Positions 18,554-28,148 of a stretch of 64,000 bases of DNA are shown piece after piece. A model generated the notes under the pieces. It ran no database searches and was not told where the DNA came from. It saw only the letters and a list, made by a program, of their open reading frames with translations. The DNA is taken from NCBI GenBank assembly GCA_020160995.1, contig JAIUOY010000078.1, positions 2,151 through 66,150 on the forward strand, in the 5' to 3' direction. Origin of the DNA: Pseudomonadota bacterium (GTDB lineage: Bacteria; Pseudomonadota; Alphaproteobacteria; Reyranellales; Reyranellaceae). A program made the translations under genes and the position numbers. The stretch's first letter is position 1. Every line of letters starts with the position of its first letter.

Positions 18554-18590
18554 GTAGACCGATCTACATATTATGTAGACCAGTTCTCAT
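18554..18590. promoter_or_regulatory. Probable TetR operators
   Basis: Perfect GTAGA-N4-TCTAC (18554-18567) and an imperfect copy (18573-18590) in the divergent promoter. Confidence 0.65.
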
Positions 18591-18618
18591 AGACGGTCAA
18601 TTCTGCTAGAAAGCGTCG

Positions 18619-19203
18619 ATGGCGAACGCGACGAAGGACCGGATGCTGCAGGCCGCGACCAAGCTCCTGCAGACGCGCGGCTATTACGGGACGGGGCTGA
18701 ACGATGTCCTGGCCGAGAGCGGCACGCCCCGCGGCTCGCTCTACTTCCATTTTCCCGGCGGCAAGGAGCAGCTGGCGCTGGAAGCCACGCGCGCCGCGGT
18801 CGACGAGGTGACGCGCACGACCGCCGAGACCATCGCCCAGGCGGCAACGCCGGGCGCGGCGCTCAAGACCATTTCCGGGCGCATCGTGGAGCTGATGCGA
18901 AGCACGGACTACGAGCGCAGCTGTCCGATCTCGCCGCTGGTGCAGGACGGGGCCAACGACCTGCCCGCCCTTCTCGATCTCTGCCGCGAGGCGTTCGACA
19001 CCTGGATGGGCCTGATGGCCGGGATGCTGCGCGACGCCGGCCTGCCGCCGCGCCGCGCCAGGGCGCTTTCGCTGCTCGCCCAGACGGTGTTCCAGGGCGG
19101 CGCCATCGTGGCGCGCGCCAAGCGCGACGAGCGGATGCTCCTCGACGCGATCGACGAGGTCGCCCGCCTGATCGACCGCGAAATCGCCGACGCTGCGCGC
19201 TAG
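18619..19203 (+). CDS. TetR/AcrR regulator (LmrA/YxaF-like)
   Basis: LLQTRGYYGTGLNDVLAESGTPRGSLYFHFPGGKEQL. Confidence 0.92.
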   Translation: MANATKDRMLQAATKLLQTRGYYGTGLNDVLAESGTPRGSLYFHFPGGKEQLALEATRAAVDEVTRTTAETIAQAATPGAALKTISGRIVELMRSTDYERSCPISPLVQDGANDLPALLDLCREAFDTWMGLMAGMLRDAGLPPRRARALSLLAQTVFQGGAIVARAKRDERMLLDAIDEVARLIDREIADAAR

Positions 19204-19218
19204 CAGACAGGCGCGACG

Positions 19219-20640
19219 GTGGCTTGGCGACCGACCTCGTATTCTGCTGTCGCGAGGCTCCTCGCCGTCGTCGTGGCTGCGGCCGCCGCCTGCGTGACGG
19301 GTGCCGGCGAGGCGGCGGCACAGAATCCGAACCAGGGGCTGCCGATTCCCGCCACGCCGGCGGAGGATCTCACGGCCATCGAGCGCAGCTTCACCCTGCC
19401 CAAGCCGCCGCGCCTCACCTTGTTCCCGCAGCTGCGCGAGACGATGAAGGACCAGCCCGCCTTCCTGCGCGACTCGAAGTTCGACATGAATTTCCGCAGC
19501 TACTACCGCAACGAGGCGGTGAGCGGTCCGGGCGGTTCGCTGAAGCAAGCCTGGGCGGCGGGCGGCGCCGTCGCCTTCGAGACCGGCCGGCTGTTCGACA
19601 TCCTGTCGCTGGGCGGCGTGCTCTACACCTCCCTGCCCGTCGTCGCGCCGCCGGACAACGGCAACACCGGGCTGCTGCTGCCCAACCAGCAGGGCTATGC
19701 CGCGCTCGGCCAGCTCTATGCCCGCGCCCGGTTGTTCGAGACGCATTACATCACGGCCGGCCGCTACTACTACGAGACGCCGTTCATCGGGCCGCACGAC
19801 AACCGCATGTCGCCCAACACCTTCTATGGCTACACGCTGACCGGCACGTTCGGGAATCCGGATGGAAACAACAAAGGCGGCGGGCCGAGCCTGCACTATG
19901 GCGGCGGCTGGATCGGCGCGATCAAGCCGCAGGACAGCATCGACTTCCAGGGCATGGCGCGCGCGGCGGGCGCCGACGCCGACTACGGCACGGCGGTGCT
20001 GGGCGCCCGGCTCGCCTGGGGCAAGGCCTCGATCGGCGCCATCGAGTACTACACGCAAGACACGATCAACATCTTCTACAGCGAGGCCAGGTACGGGCTG
20101 AACCCGGCGCCCGACATCCACCTGCTCGGCGCCGTGCAGTTCGCGGCCCAGAACAGCGTCGGCCGCAACCTGCTGAACGGCGGCACCTACTTCGCGACCA
20201 ATCAGGTGGGCGCCAAGGCCGAGCTGGGCTACGACACCGCGATCCTCACCCTGGCCTACTCCACGGTGAATCCGGGCTTCGCGATCCAGACGCCGTGGAG
20301 CGCCAACCCGTTCTACACCAGCGCGCAGATCCAGAACTTCCAGCGCGCCGGCGAGCAGGCGCTGTCGGTCGGCGCCTCCTACGTCTTCAAGCATCTCGGC
20401 CTGCCGGGCGTGGCGGCGTCGGTCTTCTACTTCAACGGCTGGACCGCCGCCCCCGCCGCCGGCGCGCCGCTGGTCGAGAGCGAATGGAACTTCGCGCTGG
20501 AATGGCGGCCGGAATGGAAGCCGCTGCACGGCCTGTGGCTGCGCGCCCGCTACGGCACCAACGCCGTCTGGCAAGCCGGCACCCTCGCCACCACCGACGA
20601 ACTGCGGCTGATCGCGAGTTATAAGGTCAAGCTCTATTGA
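19219..20640 (+). CDS. OprD-family outer membrane porin
   Basis: Signal peptide, amphipathic beta strands, NFRSYY, ELRLIASY C-terminus. Confidence 0.75.
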   Translation: MAWRPTSYSAVARLLAVVVAAAAACVTGAGEAAAQNPNQGLPIPATPAEDLTAIERSFTLPKPPRLTLFPQLRETMKDQPAFLRDSKFDMNFRSYYRNEAVSGPGGSLKQAWAAGGAVAFETGRLFDILSLGGVLYTSLPVVAPPDNGNTGLLLPNQQGYAALGQLYARARLFETHYITAGRYYYETPFIGPHDNRMSPNTFYGYTLTGTFGNPDGNNKGGGPSLHYGGGWIGAIKPQDSIDFQGMARAAGADADYGTAVLGARLAWGKASIGAIEYYTQDTINIFYSEARYGLNPAPDIHLLGAVQFAAQNSVGRNLLNGGTYFATNQVGAKAELGYDTAILTLAYSTVNPGFAIQTPWSANPFYTSAQIQNFQRAGEQALSVGASYVFKHLGLPGVAASVFYFNGWTAAPAAGAPLVESEWNFALEWRPEWKPLHGLWLRARYGTNAVWQAGTLATTDELRLIASYKVKLY

Positions 20641-20730
20641 GGGGGTGGGATACGTTCGCCCCTCTGCCTCGTCAGGGTCTGCCGAATCGCATTTGTCTCG
20701 CGGCAACTCCGGCCGCTCATAGTTAGGGTC

Positions 20731-21126
20731 CTAACGTAGAAAATGGCTCAGCCGAGCGCACAGCTTTCGCCCGTCCTTGATTTGGCATTCCCACACCGTC
20801 AGAGCGCGCCAGCCCGCGGCCTTGAGTTGCGACAGGCTAGTGGCGTCTCGAGCCACGTTGCGGGCGATCTTAGCCGTCCAATAGGCGCGATTGGTTTTGG
20901 GCGCCCTAGCGCCTCGGGGGCAGTCGTGACCGTGCCAGAAACAGCCGTTGACGAAGATAACCGCGCGACGACTTGGAAAGACCAGATCGGGCTTGCCGGG
21001 CAGATCGGCGCGGTGGAGCCGGTAACGGTAGCCCATGCCGTGCGCAAGAATTCTGACGGCTCTTTCCGGGCCAGTATCACGGCCTTTGACCGCCCGCATA
21101 ATCCGGCTGCGAAGCTCGCTCGTCAT
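20731..21126 (-). CDS. vsr: Very short patch repair endonuclease
   Basis: RSRIMRAVKGRDTGPE...LPGKPDLVF...FVNGCFWHGH. Confidence 0.95.
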   Translation of the reverse strand: MTSELRSRIMRAVKGRDTGPERAVRILAHGMGYRYRLHRADLPGKPDLVFPSRRAVIFVNGCFWHGHDCPRGARAPKTNRAYWTAKIARNVARDATSLSQLKAAGWRALTVWECQIKDGRKLCARLSHFLR

Positions 21127-21989
21127 TTCCTACGAATAGCTGTCGCCCTCGACACCCGCTGCACTTGGCCGCCGCGCTCGATGGAAGTCGTCCGAACGGT
21201 GTCTGTGCCTTTATAATCGACCCTGAAACGGACGCTGTTCACTTCGTCGACGAAGCCGCCAAAGCATGAATTGAGCGCATCAAGAAAGGTCACGTCTTTG
21301 AGAGCGTGAGGTTCGGGATTGGCATTGTTGCGAACCGTCGGAACGCTTCTGGGGAAGAGATAGATGCACGGAGGCGGAAGCTGATGTTGCCCCACCGTCA
21401 CCGAACGAGACCCGCCGTCAATGCGATTCATCTTCGGGCATGGCCGCGACTTCGTTCCGCACAACCAGTCCCAGACAATCAGGCCATCGACATGCTTGTT
21501 CTTGTCGATCATCTCTGCGCCAAGCCTGGTGTGGATACCCGACCACACGTTATGACGCGGGTCTGATGAAGGGTTCGTGCAGAGGCTCCAAATTATGAAC
21601 TCTTGTGCATGCGCTGGGCGCTCGGCGATAGTAGTGTTATTGCCGTCGAGACAGCCCTTGGCCTCGATTACTACGAGCCGGCCACCCGGCATCTTGATCG
21701 TGTAATCGTACCGATTGTTCCCACCCGCCGATTGCCACTCTTCAATGAGGTCCGCGTCCTCCATATGGCGGAGGATGCGAGCGATGAAATCACGCTTTGG
21801 CTGCATCGTGGCGGATTGCTGTCCGCGAAGACGTTCGACGGCTCCTTGAAGAATGCCGCTGAGGTAAAACTCCGCCTCCGGCAATCCGTGAGCTCCAAGT
21901 TTGTGCGCTTCGGTTCGCAAGACCTCTGCAAAGTCGTCGATTGTCTTTTTGAGATCAGTGCTTTGCTGACAAGGGATGACTGCTGACAT
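21123..21989 (-). CDS. Putative type II restriction endonuclease
   Basis: YDYTI...VIEAKGCLD PD-(D/E)xK motif; lies between the C5 methyltransferase and vsr. Confidence 0.7.
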   Translation of the reverse strand: MSAVIPCQQSTDLKKTIDDFAEVLRTEAHKLGAHGLPEAEFYLSGILQGAVERLRGQQSATMQPKRDFIARILRHMEDADLIEEWQSAGGNNRYDYTIKMPGGRLVVIEAKGCLDGNNTTIAERPAHAQEFIIWSLCTNPSSDPRHNVWSGIHTRLGAEMIDKNKHVDGLIVWDWLCGTKSRPCPKMNRIDGGSRSVTVGQHQLPPPCIYLFPRSVPTVRNNANPEPHALKDVTFLDALNSCFGGFVDEVNSVRFRVDYKGTDTVRTTSIERGGQVQRVSRATAIRRK

Positions 21990-23232
21990 CGGTTAGATCG
22001 GCTTCCATCAGGTTACTCAGCAGAATCGGCTCCAGCAGATTCTCCGCCAGGAACCGAACGACTGGCACAACCAGCCCGTCGCCCATTAGATGGTATGCCT
22101 CATTGTAGCTCTTCGGCAACTTGTACTCGTCGGGCAGGCCCATCAGGCGAGCGGCCTCCCGGCTGGAAAGCAGACGTGATCGGACCTCACTACCCTTGAT
22201 AACCATGATCAACTGACGGCTTGAGCCGCCCGAGGAGGTGCGCAGGCAACCCGCTACATCATCGAACCGGATTTCAGCGCGTTGGACTTTCTTGCCTTCA
22301 TCCTCCAGCCGCGTGCGCTTGTAGACTGCGCCTACGAGCCTTTGGTTGGACCTCTTGGCTGCAACAACCTTATACAAGTTGCCTTCGCTCATCATGTCCA
22401 ACAGCTTCTCTGTTTCAGCGATGGTGTGCCATGTTACGCTTGTTGGATTGTCTTCAACTAGGTCGGCGAACCGTGTATTACGGCGCGGCGGGGCTGGCAG
22501 CTTCCACCACAACCAATTTTCCTTCGCCTTGCCTGTCAAACGGAGCTGCGCCAACTGCAACGCTTTCGGATGCCAGTGCATGGACCCGTCCACACCCAAG
22601 AGTTCGGCGGGCACATTGACGCCCTTGGCGACGGCGATGATGAACAACCGAGGGCGCGATTGAGGCACGAAGTCAATTGCATCGGCGACCAGCGCGCCGA
22701 AACGATAGCCGGCTTCGGAGAGTGCGTCGGCAATCGCAGTGAAGTCCTTGCCGCCATGAGACGTGAGCATGCCGCACACATTCTCCAAGACGATCATGCG
22801 AGGCGCGCGCCTCTTGGCGACCAGCTTCTTGACCAACTCCCAGAATGGCCAGAACGTCCCGGACCTATCTCCCTTGAGGCCCGCGCCCATCCCGGCGAGC
22901 GACAAGTCTTGGCAAGGGAATGACGCCCATACCAAGCCCGGCTTGCCTGGCAATTCGCTTACCTCGACCTTTCGCACATCCTTCGTATGGAGCGTTGCGT
23001 CGCCCCAATTCTCCTTGTAGGCGGCGGCCTTCTTGAAATCGAAGTCGTTGGCGAACAAGCATGTCCAGCGCGCGCCAAGTCCAGCTCGGGCCATGCCGCC
23101 GCCCGCAAAAAATTCGTAGAAGGCGAGGCCCGGCGCCGCGGTCGGGGCGGAAGCATTCGCGTCCGGCTTCCGCTTATAAGCGAGAACCTTATCAGTGATG
23201 TTGTTCAAGTCCGCGAACAAATCTTCCTTCAT
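21955..23232 (-). CDS. DNA (cytosine-5) methyltransferase
   Basis: FFAGGG motif I, SFPCQDLS motif IV, ENV motif VI, RPRLF motif VIII, MGDGLV motif X. Confidence 0.95.
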   Translation of the reverse strand: MKEDLFADLNNITDKVLAYKRKPDANASAPTAAPGLAFYEFFAGGGMARAGLGARWTCLFANDFDFKKAAAYKENWGDATLHTKDVRKVEVSELPGKPGLVWASFPCQDLSLAGMGAGLKGDRSGTFWPFWELVKKLVAKRRAPRMIVLENVCGMLTSHGGKDFTAIADALSEAGYRFGALVADAIDFVPQSRPRLFIIAVAKGVNVPAELLGVDGSMHWHPKALQLAQLRLTGKAKENWLWWKLPAPPRRNTRFADLVEDNPTSVTWHTIAETEKLLDMMSEGNLYKVVAAKRSNQRLVGAVYKRTRLEDEGKKVQRAEIRFDDVAGCLRTSSGGSSRQLIMVIKGSEVRSRLLSSREAARLMGLPDEYKLPKSYNEAYHLMGDGLVVPVVRFLAENLLEPILLSNLMEADLTDVSSHPLSAKH

Positions 23233-23711
23233 GGCTCGCTCCTGCTGGGCAGCCGCGACGTCCCGGACGTGCGGTTCGCCTTCTCCTTGCCGCCGATGTG
23301 CGTCTCGCCGACCTCGCCGTCGCTGTTCAGCACGGTCGGATCGTTACCGCACGCCTCACGGATACGCCGTAGGACAAACCAAGCCGACTTTTGGGTGATG
23401 CCGATCTCTTTGCTGAGCCGCGTACTGGAGACGTCTGTACGGGCTGTTACGAACAGATACATAGCGTACAGCCACTTGTGTAAAGGTACATGGGATCGCT
23501 CGAAAATCGTGCCCGTGCGGCAGGTGAAGTCGACGCGGCAGGCGTTGCAGCGATAAAATCCTTCTTTGCGAGCCGAGATTCGCTTGGCTTCTTGGCAGGT
23601 CGGGCAAACCGGACCCTGTGGCCAGCGACGGCCTTCGATGTAAAGACGGGCAGCTTCCGCGTCTGGGATCTTCTGAAAGACCTGACAGGTGTTAATCATC
23701 GACCGGCTCAT
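23229..23711 (-). pseudogene. Truncated IS1595-family transposase (Zn ribbon + HTH kept, catalytic domain lost)
   Basis: RWPQGPVCPTC...YRCNACRVDFT..TGTIFERSHVPLHKW; EVGETHIGG replaces the EVDETYxGG catalytic motif; ends at 160 aa. Confidence 0.85.
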
Positions 23712-23758
23712 AATCCCTTCTACACGTTCTCATGGTAGATAACCACCCAAACCAGATA

Positions 23759-23779
23759 GGGTGATCAAGTATATAACCT
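23759..23779 (-). mobile_element. Probable IS1595 terminal sequence
   Basis: AT-rich GGTTATATACTTGATCACC just upstream of the transposase; composition returns to high GC beyond it; no partner end found. Confidence 0.4.
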
Positions 23780-23894
23780 AATCAATTCACGGTCGCCTGG
23801 AAGAAACCTCCAGAGCGCCGGCAGCGTCGGCCGCGACCTGCTGAGGCGGCGCGTGAAAGTACCGGCGGACTTCCTGTCTGCTAGTCTCGCGTCC

Positions 23895-24431
23895 ATGGAA
23901 CTGATCTTCAGGACGGCGACACTTTCGGAGGGCAAGGAGGTCGTGCGCGTCATCCGCGCGGCCTTCACGCCCTATATGCGCGCGCTGGGACGCGAGTTTC
24001 CGGCCGACGGCTCGGCCGCGTTTGCCGAGCGGTGGCAGCGAATCGTGGCGGAGCTCGGCCGCGGCGACGTCTATCTCGCGCTGGCGGGCCATGGGGAGGG
24101 CAATGGGGAGGGCAATGGCGAGGGCGCGCACATCGTCGGCGCCGTGCGGACGACGCCGCAGGAGAACGACCTCTACATCAACCAGATCGCCGTCGATCCG
24201 TCGCAGCAGGGCAGCGGCATCGGGAGCTGGCTGTTGCAGCGGATCGACGAGGTGGCGCGGGCACGCGGCCTGGGCGGCCTGACGCTCGAAACCGCCGAGA
24301 TGGCCGTGGCCAACATCCGCCTCTACCAGCGGCACGGCTTCGCGATCGTGCGCCGCGGCCCGCCCGACCACGGGCTCGACGCTCATCCCCGCGTCTACAT
24401 GGCGAAGACGTTCCGGGCCGCGGCGTCCTGA
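23895..24431 (+). CDS. GNAT N-acetyltransferase
   Basis: IAVDPSQQGSGIGSWLL motif A; NIRLYQRHGF; GEGN microrepeat. Confidence 0.9.
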   Translation: MELIFRTATLSEGKEVVRVIRAAFTPYMRALGREFPADGSAAFAERWQRIVAELGRGDVYLALAGHGEGNGEGNGEGAHIVGAVRTTPQENDLYINQIAVDPSQQGSGIGSWLLQRIDEVARARGLGGLTLETAEMAVANIRLYQRHGFAIVRRGPPDHGLDAHPRVYMAKTFRAAAS

Positions 24432-25405
24432 GGGACGAGGCCGGCGAGCGGGCCGGCCAGCAGCGCCCGCACCTCCGCCGCCGCGAGGTCGGCGGGATCG
24501 CAGCCTTGGTAGGGCAGCTCGACGGGCAGGAAGCGCACGCCGGGCAGCGCGCGCATCAGCCGGTCGCGGGCGCGGGCGCCGGCGGCGTCGCGGTCGAACA
24601 TCGGCAGGATCGTCGTCGCGCCGCCGAGCCGCGCGATCTTCGCCGCGCCCAGCGAGGCGGTGAGCGGGCAGACGACGTTCGGCCAGACCTCGAAGACGCG
24701 CGCCAGATCGAACACCGACTCGACCACGACCAGCGGCCGCTCGGGATCGGCCCACGCCTCGCCCAGCCAGACCTCGGGGCTGCAGCGTCCGTCGCGCGTG
24801 TACATCAGATAGCGCAGCGCGACGTGTTCGTGGACGGTGCGGCCATGCAGCCCGCGCAGCCGGCCGTGATGGTCGCGCACCGGAAAGCAGAGCCGCTGGC
24901 GCAGCGGATCGAAGCGCAGGTCGAGCGCGCGGGCGACCTCGTAGGGCACGCGGCGCGCGGCGAGATAGGGGTGCACCTCGTCGCCCGCCTCTCCCTGGGC
25001 AAAAGCCGGCTCGAACTCGGCAAGCCAGGATTCGGGAAAGACGACATCCTCGCGCTGGCCCCACGTCCGCTCGTCGAGCGACGGCGACGGCGCAGGCGCG
25101 GCCGCCGAACTCCCCGATGCCAGCACGGCCAGCGCCCCCTTGAAGTCGAGCCGCCGCCCGCTGGGCCGCTGCCGTTCGAGATGGCGCATCTCGTACAGAA
25201 GATCGAACGGCACGCCATGCCAGTGGCAACTGAAACACGTGCAGAGCCCGCTTGCGAGCTTGAGCCCAAAGCTCCCCCGCCCCGACCCGTCGCGATGCCG
25301 CCACGGCCCCAGCGGACACGCCCCCGTCACCCACCCGCTCCGCCCGGTCTGCGGCGCCGCAAGCCCCAGGCAACGCAGGAAGTTCGTCGCCGTGTCGAGG
25401 TTCAT
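24395..25405 (-). CDS. Phage DNA primase (Zn-binding + Toprim)
   Basis: CPLGPWRH...CTCFSC; YLAARR; FPVRD...HGR; VVESVFD; FDRDAAG; DPAD. Confidence 0.88.
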   Translation of the reverse strand: MNLDTATNFLRCLGLAAPQTGRSGWVTGACPLGPWRHRDGSGRGSFGLKLASGLCTCFSCHWHGVPFDLLYEMRHLERQRPSGRRLDFKGALAVLASGSSAAAPAPSPSLDERTWGQREDVVFPESWLAEFEPAFAQGEAGDEVHPYLAARRVPYEVARALDLRFDPLRQRLCFPVRDHHGRLRGLHGRTVHEHVALRYLMYTRDGRCSPEVWLGEAWADPERPLVVVESVFDLARVFEVWPNVVCPLTASLGAAKIARLGGATTILPMFDRDAAGARARDRLMRALPGVRFLPVELPYQGCDPADLAAAEVRALLAGPLAGLVPQDAAARNVFAM

Positions 25406-25408
25406 GGA

Positions 25409-25464
25409 CTCCTCCCCATTCAAATGGGGAGGTGTCAGCGTCTGCGCTGACGGAGGGGTCATGA
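25409..25464. repeat. Palindromic repeat family C just upstream of the primase ATG
   Basis: CCTCCCCATTCAAATGGGGAGG hairpin plus GGAGGGGTCA end. Confidence 0.85.
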
Positions 25465-25485
25465 CCCCTACCCTCACACCCGCCG

Positions 25486-25863
25486 TCACACCCGCTTGTG
25501 CAACGTGATCGCCCGCGTCTCGCTGCGGGAGACGTCGAGCACCTGCTCCTTCTGGTCGCCGGTGAGATGACGGTCGATGTCGACGAGGTTCACCCGCGCG
25601 ATGCGCAGGAACGTCTCGCTGCCGAGCAGCGCCGCCAGCCGCGGCATGTCCTTGACCGCGCGCACCGTCCGCCCCTCGGCCTCGACCTCGACGAAGAAGT
25701 GCCGGCCGTTCTTCACCGAGAGATCGTCGGCCACCAGCTTGTCGCGCACGACGCCCAGCCGGTTCTCGAAGTCGCGGATCAGCCGCCGCGCGCTCTCGAC
25801 ATGCTCCTGCAACAGCCCGAGCGCGTCGATTTCCTTGGCGAGAGTGTCAGTCGTCCGGGGCAC
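25486..25863 (-). CDS. Hypothetical phage protein
   Basis: AAGGAGG site before GTG; lies between helicase and primase on the phage strand. Confidence 0.65.
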   Translation of the reverse strand: MPRTTDTLAKEIDALGLLQEHVESARRLIRDFENRLGVVRDKLVADDLSVKNGRHFFVEVEAEGRTVRAVKDMPRLAALLGSETFLRIARVNLVDIDRHLTGDQKEQVLDVSRSETRAITLHKRV

Positions 25864-26099
25864 CTTGATCCTCCTTGATCGTGTGCGATGTCGCGATGAC
25901 CAACGCTACGCAAGGAAGCGGAGATGGCAAATTGTTTCGGCATCGCAAGGAGAATCATGAGCCTGTTTAAAATGAAGGACGACCTCTCCGGCAATTCCAC
26001 CTTCCCGGCCAACCACTGATTTTGAGTTGCATGGGGATAAACGGATTGTTTGGCTGGGGAGATCGGGGTTAGCTTGTCTCTCCATCAAGGAGGACAACT

Positions 26100-26282
26100 G
26101 TGGCGAGCACAAACTGGAAACCCGGGAACCTGGTAGAATTGAAAGCAGGTGGCCCGCTTATGGTCGTCGACAGCGTGGATCATTATGGGAAGGTTTGGTG
26201 CTCATGGTTCGCCGGGAAAAAGCATGAAAAGGCGGGATTTGCCGCTGAGACACTTCAAACGCCATCTGAAGAAAAGAAATGA
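26100..26282 (+). CDS. YodC/DUF2158 family protein
   Basis: KPGNLVELKAGGPLMVV...VWCSWF...F. Confidence 0.85.
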   Translation: MASTNWKPGNLVELKAGGPLMVVDSVDHYGKVWCSWFAGKKHEKAGFAAETLQTPSEEKK

Positions 26283-26563
26283 CCACGGATCCATCCGACA
26301 AGCCAACCGCAACGACGGTTGCCGAGTGGATGGCAGCGGAATTTCACAAGGAAGGTTGGCTTGATCAAGAAACTGCGGCGGGTACCATTATTGGCCGATT
26401 CGGTGATGAATTCGTCTACGAGAATGCCAACGGCAACCTCTCAATTCAAAGAGCCGTACTGCAGGAATTTCAAAGACTTACAGCGACCACTGCAATTTGG
26501 GTGCGGAGTGACCGCGCGTGGCGCAAGAGGGACAAGAATGACGGGCCAAGTCGCCAAACATAA
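26279..26563 (+). CDS. DUF6953-like small protein
   Basis: VAEWM...LDQETAA...FGDEFVYENANGNLSI...WVRSDRAWRKR; ATGA-coupled to YodC. Confidence 0.6.
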   Translation: MTTDPSDKPTATTVAEWMAAEFHKEGWLDQETAAGTIIGRFGDEFVYENANGNLSIQRAVLQEFQRLTATTAIWVRSDRAWRKRDKNDGPSRQT

Positions 26564-26737
26564 GAGCTCGGACTGATGACAATGCAGGTCTAGACTTTAG
26601 ACTGCGGCGAAAAACTGCGCCCTCGATACGAAGGACATCAGCGACCGTCGGAAGGGTCTTCTCGGTCCGGAGCGTCCAGCCCGAGGCCGGGCGCCACGAA
26701 TGCCACCCAGCGCTTGTAAAGTGCTGACTCGCCCCCC

Positions 26738-28015
26738 TCACTCCACCTCCAGCTCCCCCACCCTCTCCATCATCTCCGAAAAGTCCGTCGTCCAATCGAA
26801 GTTCCAGTTCACGGTGAACGAACCCGTCTCGCCGTTGCGGCCCTTCAGGATCGAGACTTCGCGCTGCTTGATCGTCTCGGCGCTCTCGGGCTGCATCAGG
26901 CCCAGCGCCAGCGAGGAGAGTTGCAGGATCGCGTCGGAGTAGCCGATGTCGTCGCCGGTCTGCGGCGGCTTCTTCCCGCCTCCGCCGCTCCCGCTCCCGC
27001 CCTTCGCCGGCCGCGCGAACTGCCAGGAGCACGCCGTCGGCGCGAGGTCGCAGATGTGCTGCTTGATCAGCGACGCATTCTCCGCCACGCGCTTGAAACG
27101 GTCGCGCTCGGTGGGGTGCGTCAGGAGATAGGCGCCGTCGATCACCACGAAGTCGGGCTTGAGCTGGCGGCAGAGCGCATGCAGGTCGGCCACCGACGCC
27201 GCCAGGTTGCCGTCGACGACATGGAACGGCACCGGGCTTTGCGCGCTCTCGACGAGGACGTGCTTCATCTGCCGATACTGCGTCGTCGTGAGCGCTGCAT
27301 CGCGGATGCCCTTGAACGGCAGCTTCGCGTGGATGGCCAGCAGGCGCTGCACGATGACCAGCGGCTTGATCTCCATCGAGACGAACAGCGGCACCTTGCC
27401 CTGCACCGCCCAGGCATGCAGCGCCATCCACAGCATGAACCACGTCTTGCCCGCCGCGGGACGCCCCGCCAGCCCGATCATGTCGCCGGTGCCGAGGCCG
27501 CCCGTCATCGCATCGAGCGTCGGCCAGCCGAGTTGCAGGCCCATGGTGCCCGCGTCCATCATCTTGGCCTTGAAGGCCTGCATGATCGCGTCCTGCGCGC
27601 GGCGATAGTCCATCACCAGCGCGCCGTTGTTCTGCACCGACAGCGCCATCACCGCGTTGCCCAGCAGGTTCAGCGCCTCGCGCGGATTGGCATTCGCGCC
27701 GGCGAGGTGCTTGTGATGGACCTCGGCCAGCAGCGCCACGAGGCTGCGGTGCAGATGGTTGTCGCGCGCGCGGTCGAGATAGAAGGCGGCGGGCTGCGTC
27801 TGTGCCGCGAGATCGAAGCCGGTGTCGGCCTTCACCAGCGCGAAGTCCGGCAGGGTGCCGTAGGTCTTCACGTGGCGGTCGAAGTAATTCCACAGGCGCT
27901 CCTCGTGCCCCGCGAAGAGATGCGCGACCGGCCCGTGCTTCAGGAGCGTCTCGACCCGCCCCTCGCCGATCACGGCCGCGAGATAGCGCTGCGCGGAGGA
28001 GAGCATCAGAGACAC
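26738..28015 (-). CDS. dnaB: DnaB-like replicative helicase (phage)
   Basis: Walker A GRPAAGKT, FVSME, Walker B VVIDGAYL, IGYSDAILQ, LKGRNG. Confidence 0.92.
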   Translation of the reverse strand: MSLMLSSAQRYLAAVIGEGRVETLLKHGPVAHLFAGHEERLWNYFDRHVKTYGTLPDFALVKADTGFDLAAQTQPAAFYLDRARDNHLHRSLVALLAEVHHKHLAGANANPREALNLLGNAVMALSVQNNGALVMDYRRAQDAIMQAFKAKMMDAGTMGLQLGWPTLDAMTGGLGTGDMIGLAGRPAAGKTWFMLWMALHAWAVQGKVPLFVSMEIKPLVIVQRLLAIHAKLPFKGIRDAALTTTQYRQMKHVLVESAQSPVPFHVVDGNLAASVADLHALCRQLKPDFVVIDGAYLLTHPTERDRFKRVAENASLIKQHICDLAPTACSWQFARPAKGGSGSGGGGKKPPQTGDDIGYSDAILQLSSLALGLMQPESAETIKQREVSILKGRNGETGSFTVNWNFDWTTDFSEMMERVGELEVE

Positions 28016-28043
28016 CCCTCCCTGTCGTCGCGCGCTCTTCTCT

Positions 28044-28132
28044 TGTCGTCCTGAGCGAAGCGAAGGACCTCATGGCGGTTGCCCCACCGATGGCTGGCGG
28101 CGATGAGATCCTTCACTTCGTTCAGGATGACA
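28044..28132. repeat. Palindromic repeat family B (TGTCRTCCTGAGCGxAGCGAAGGA...TCCTTC...TCAGGAYGACA)
   Basis: Long inverted arms; similar copies at 30817 and 45263. Confidence 0.88.
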
Positions 28133-28148
28133 GAAGGGAGCAGACGCC

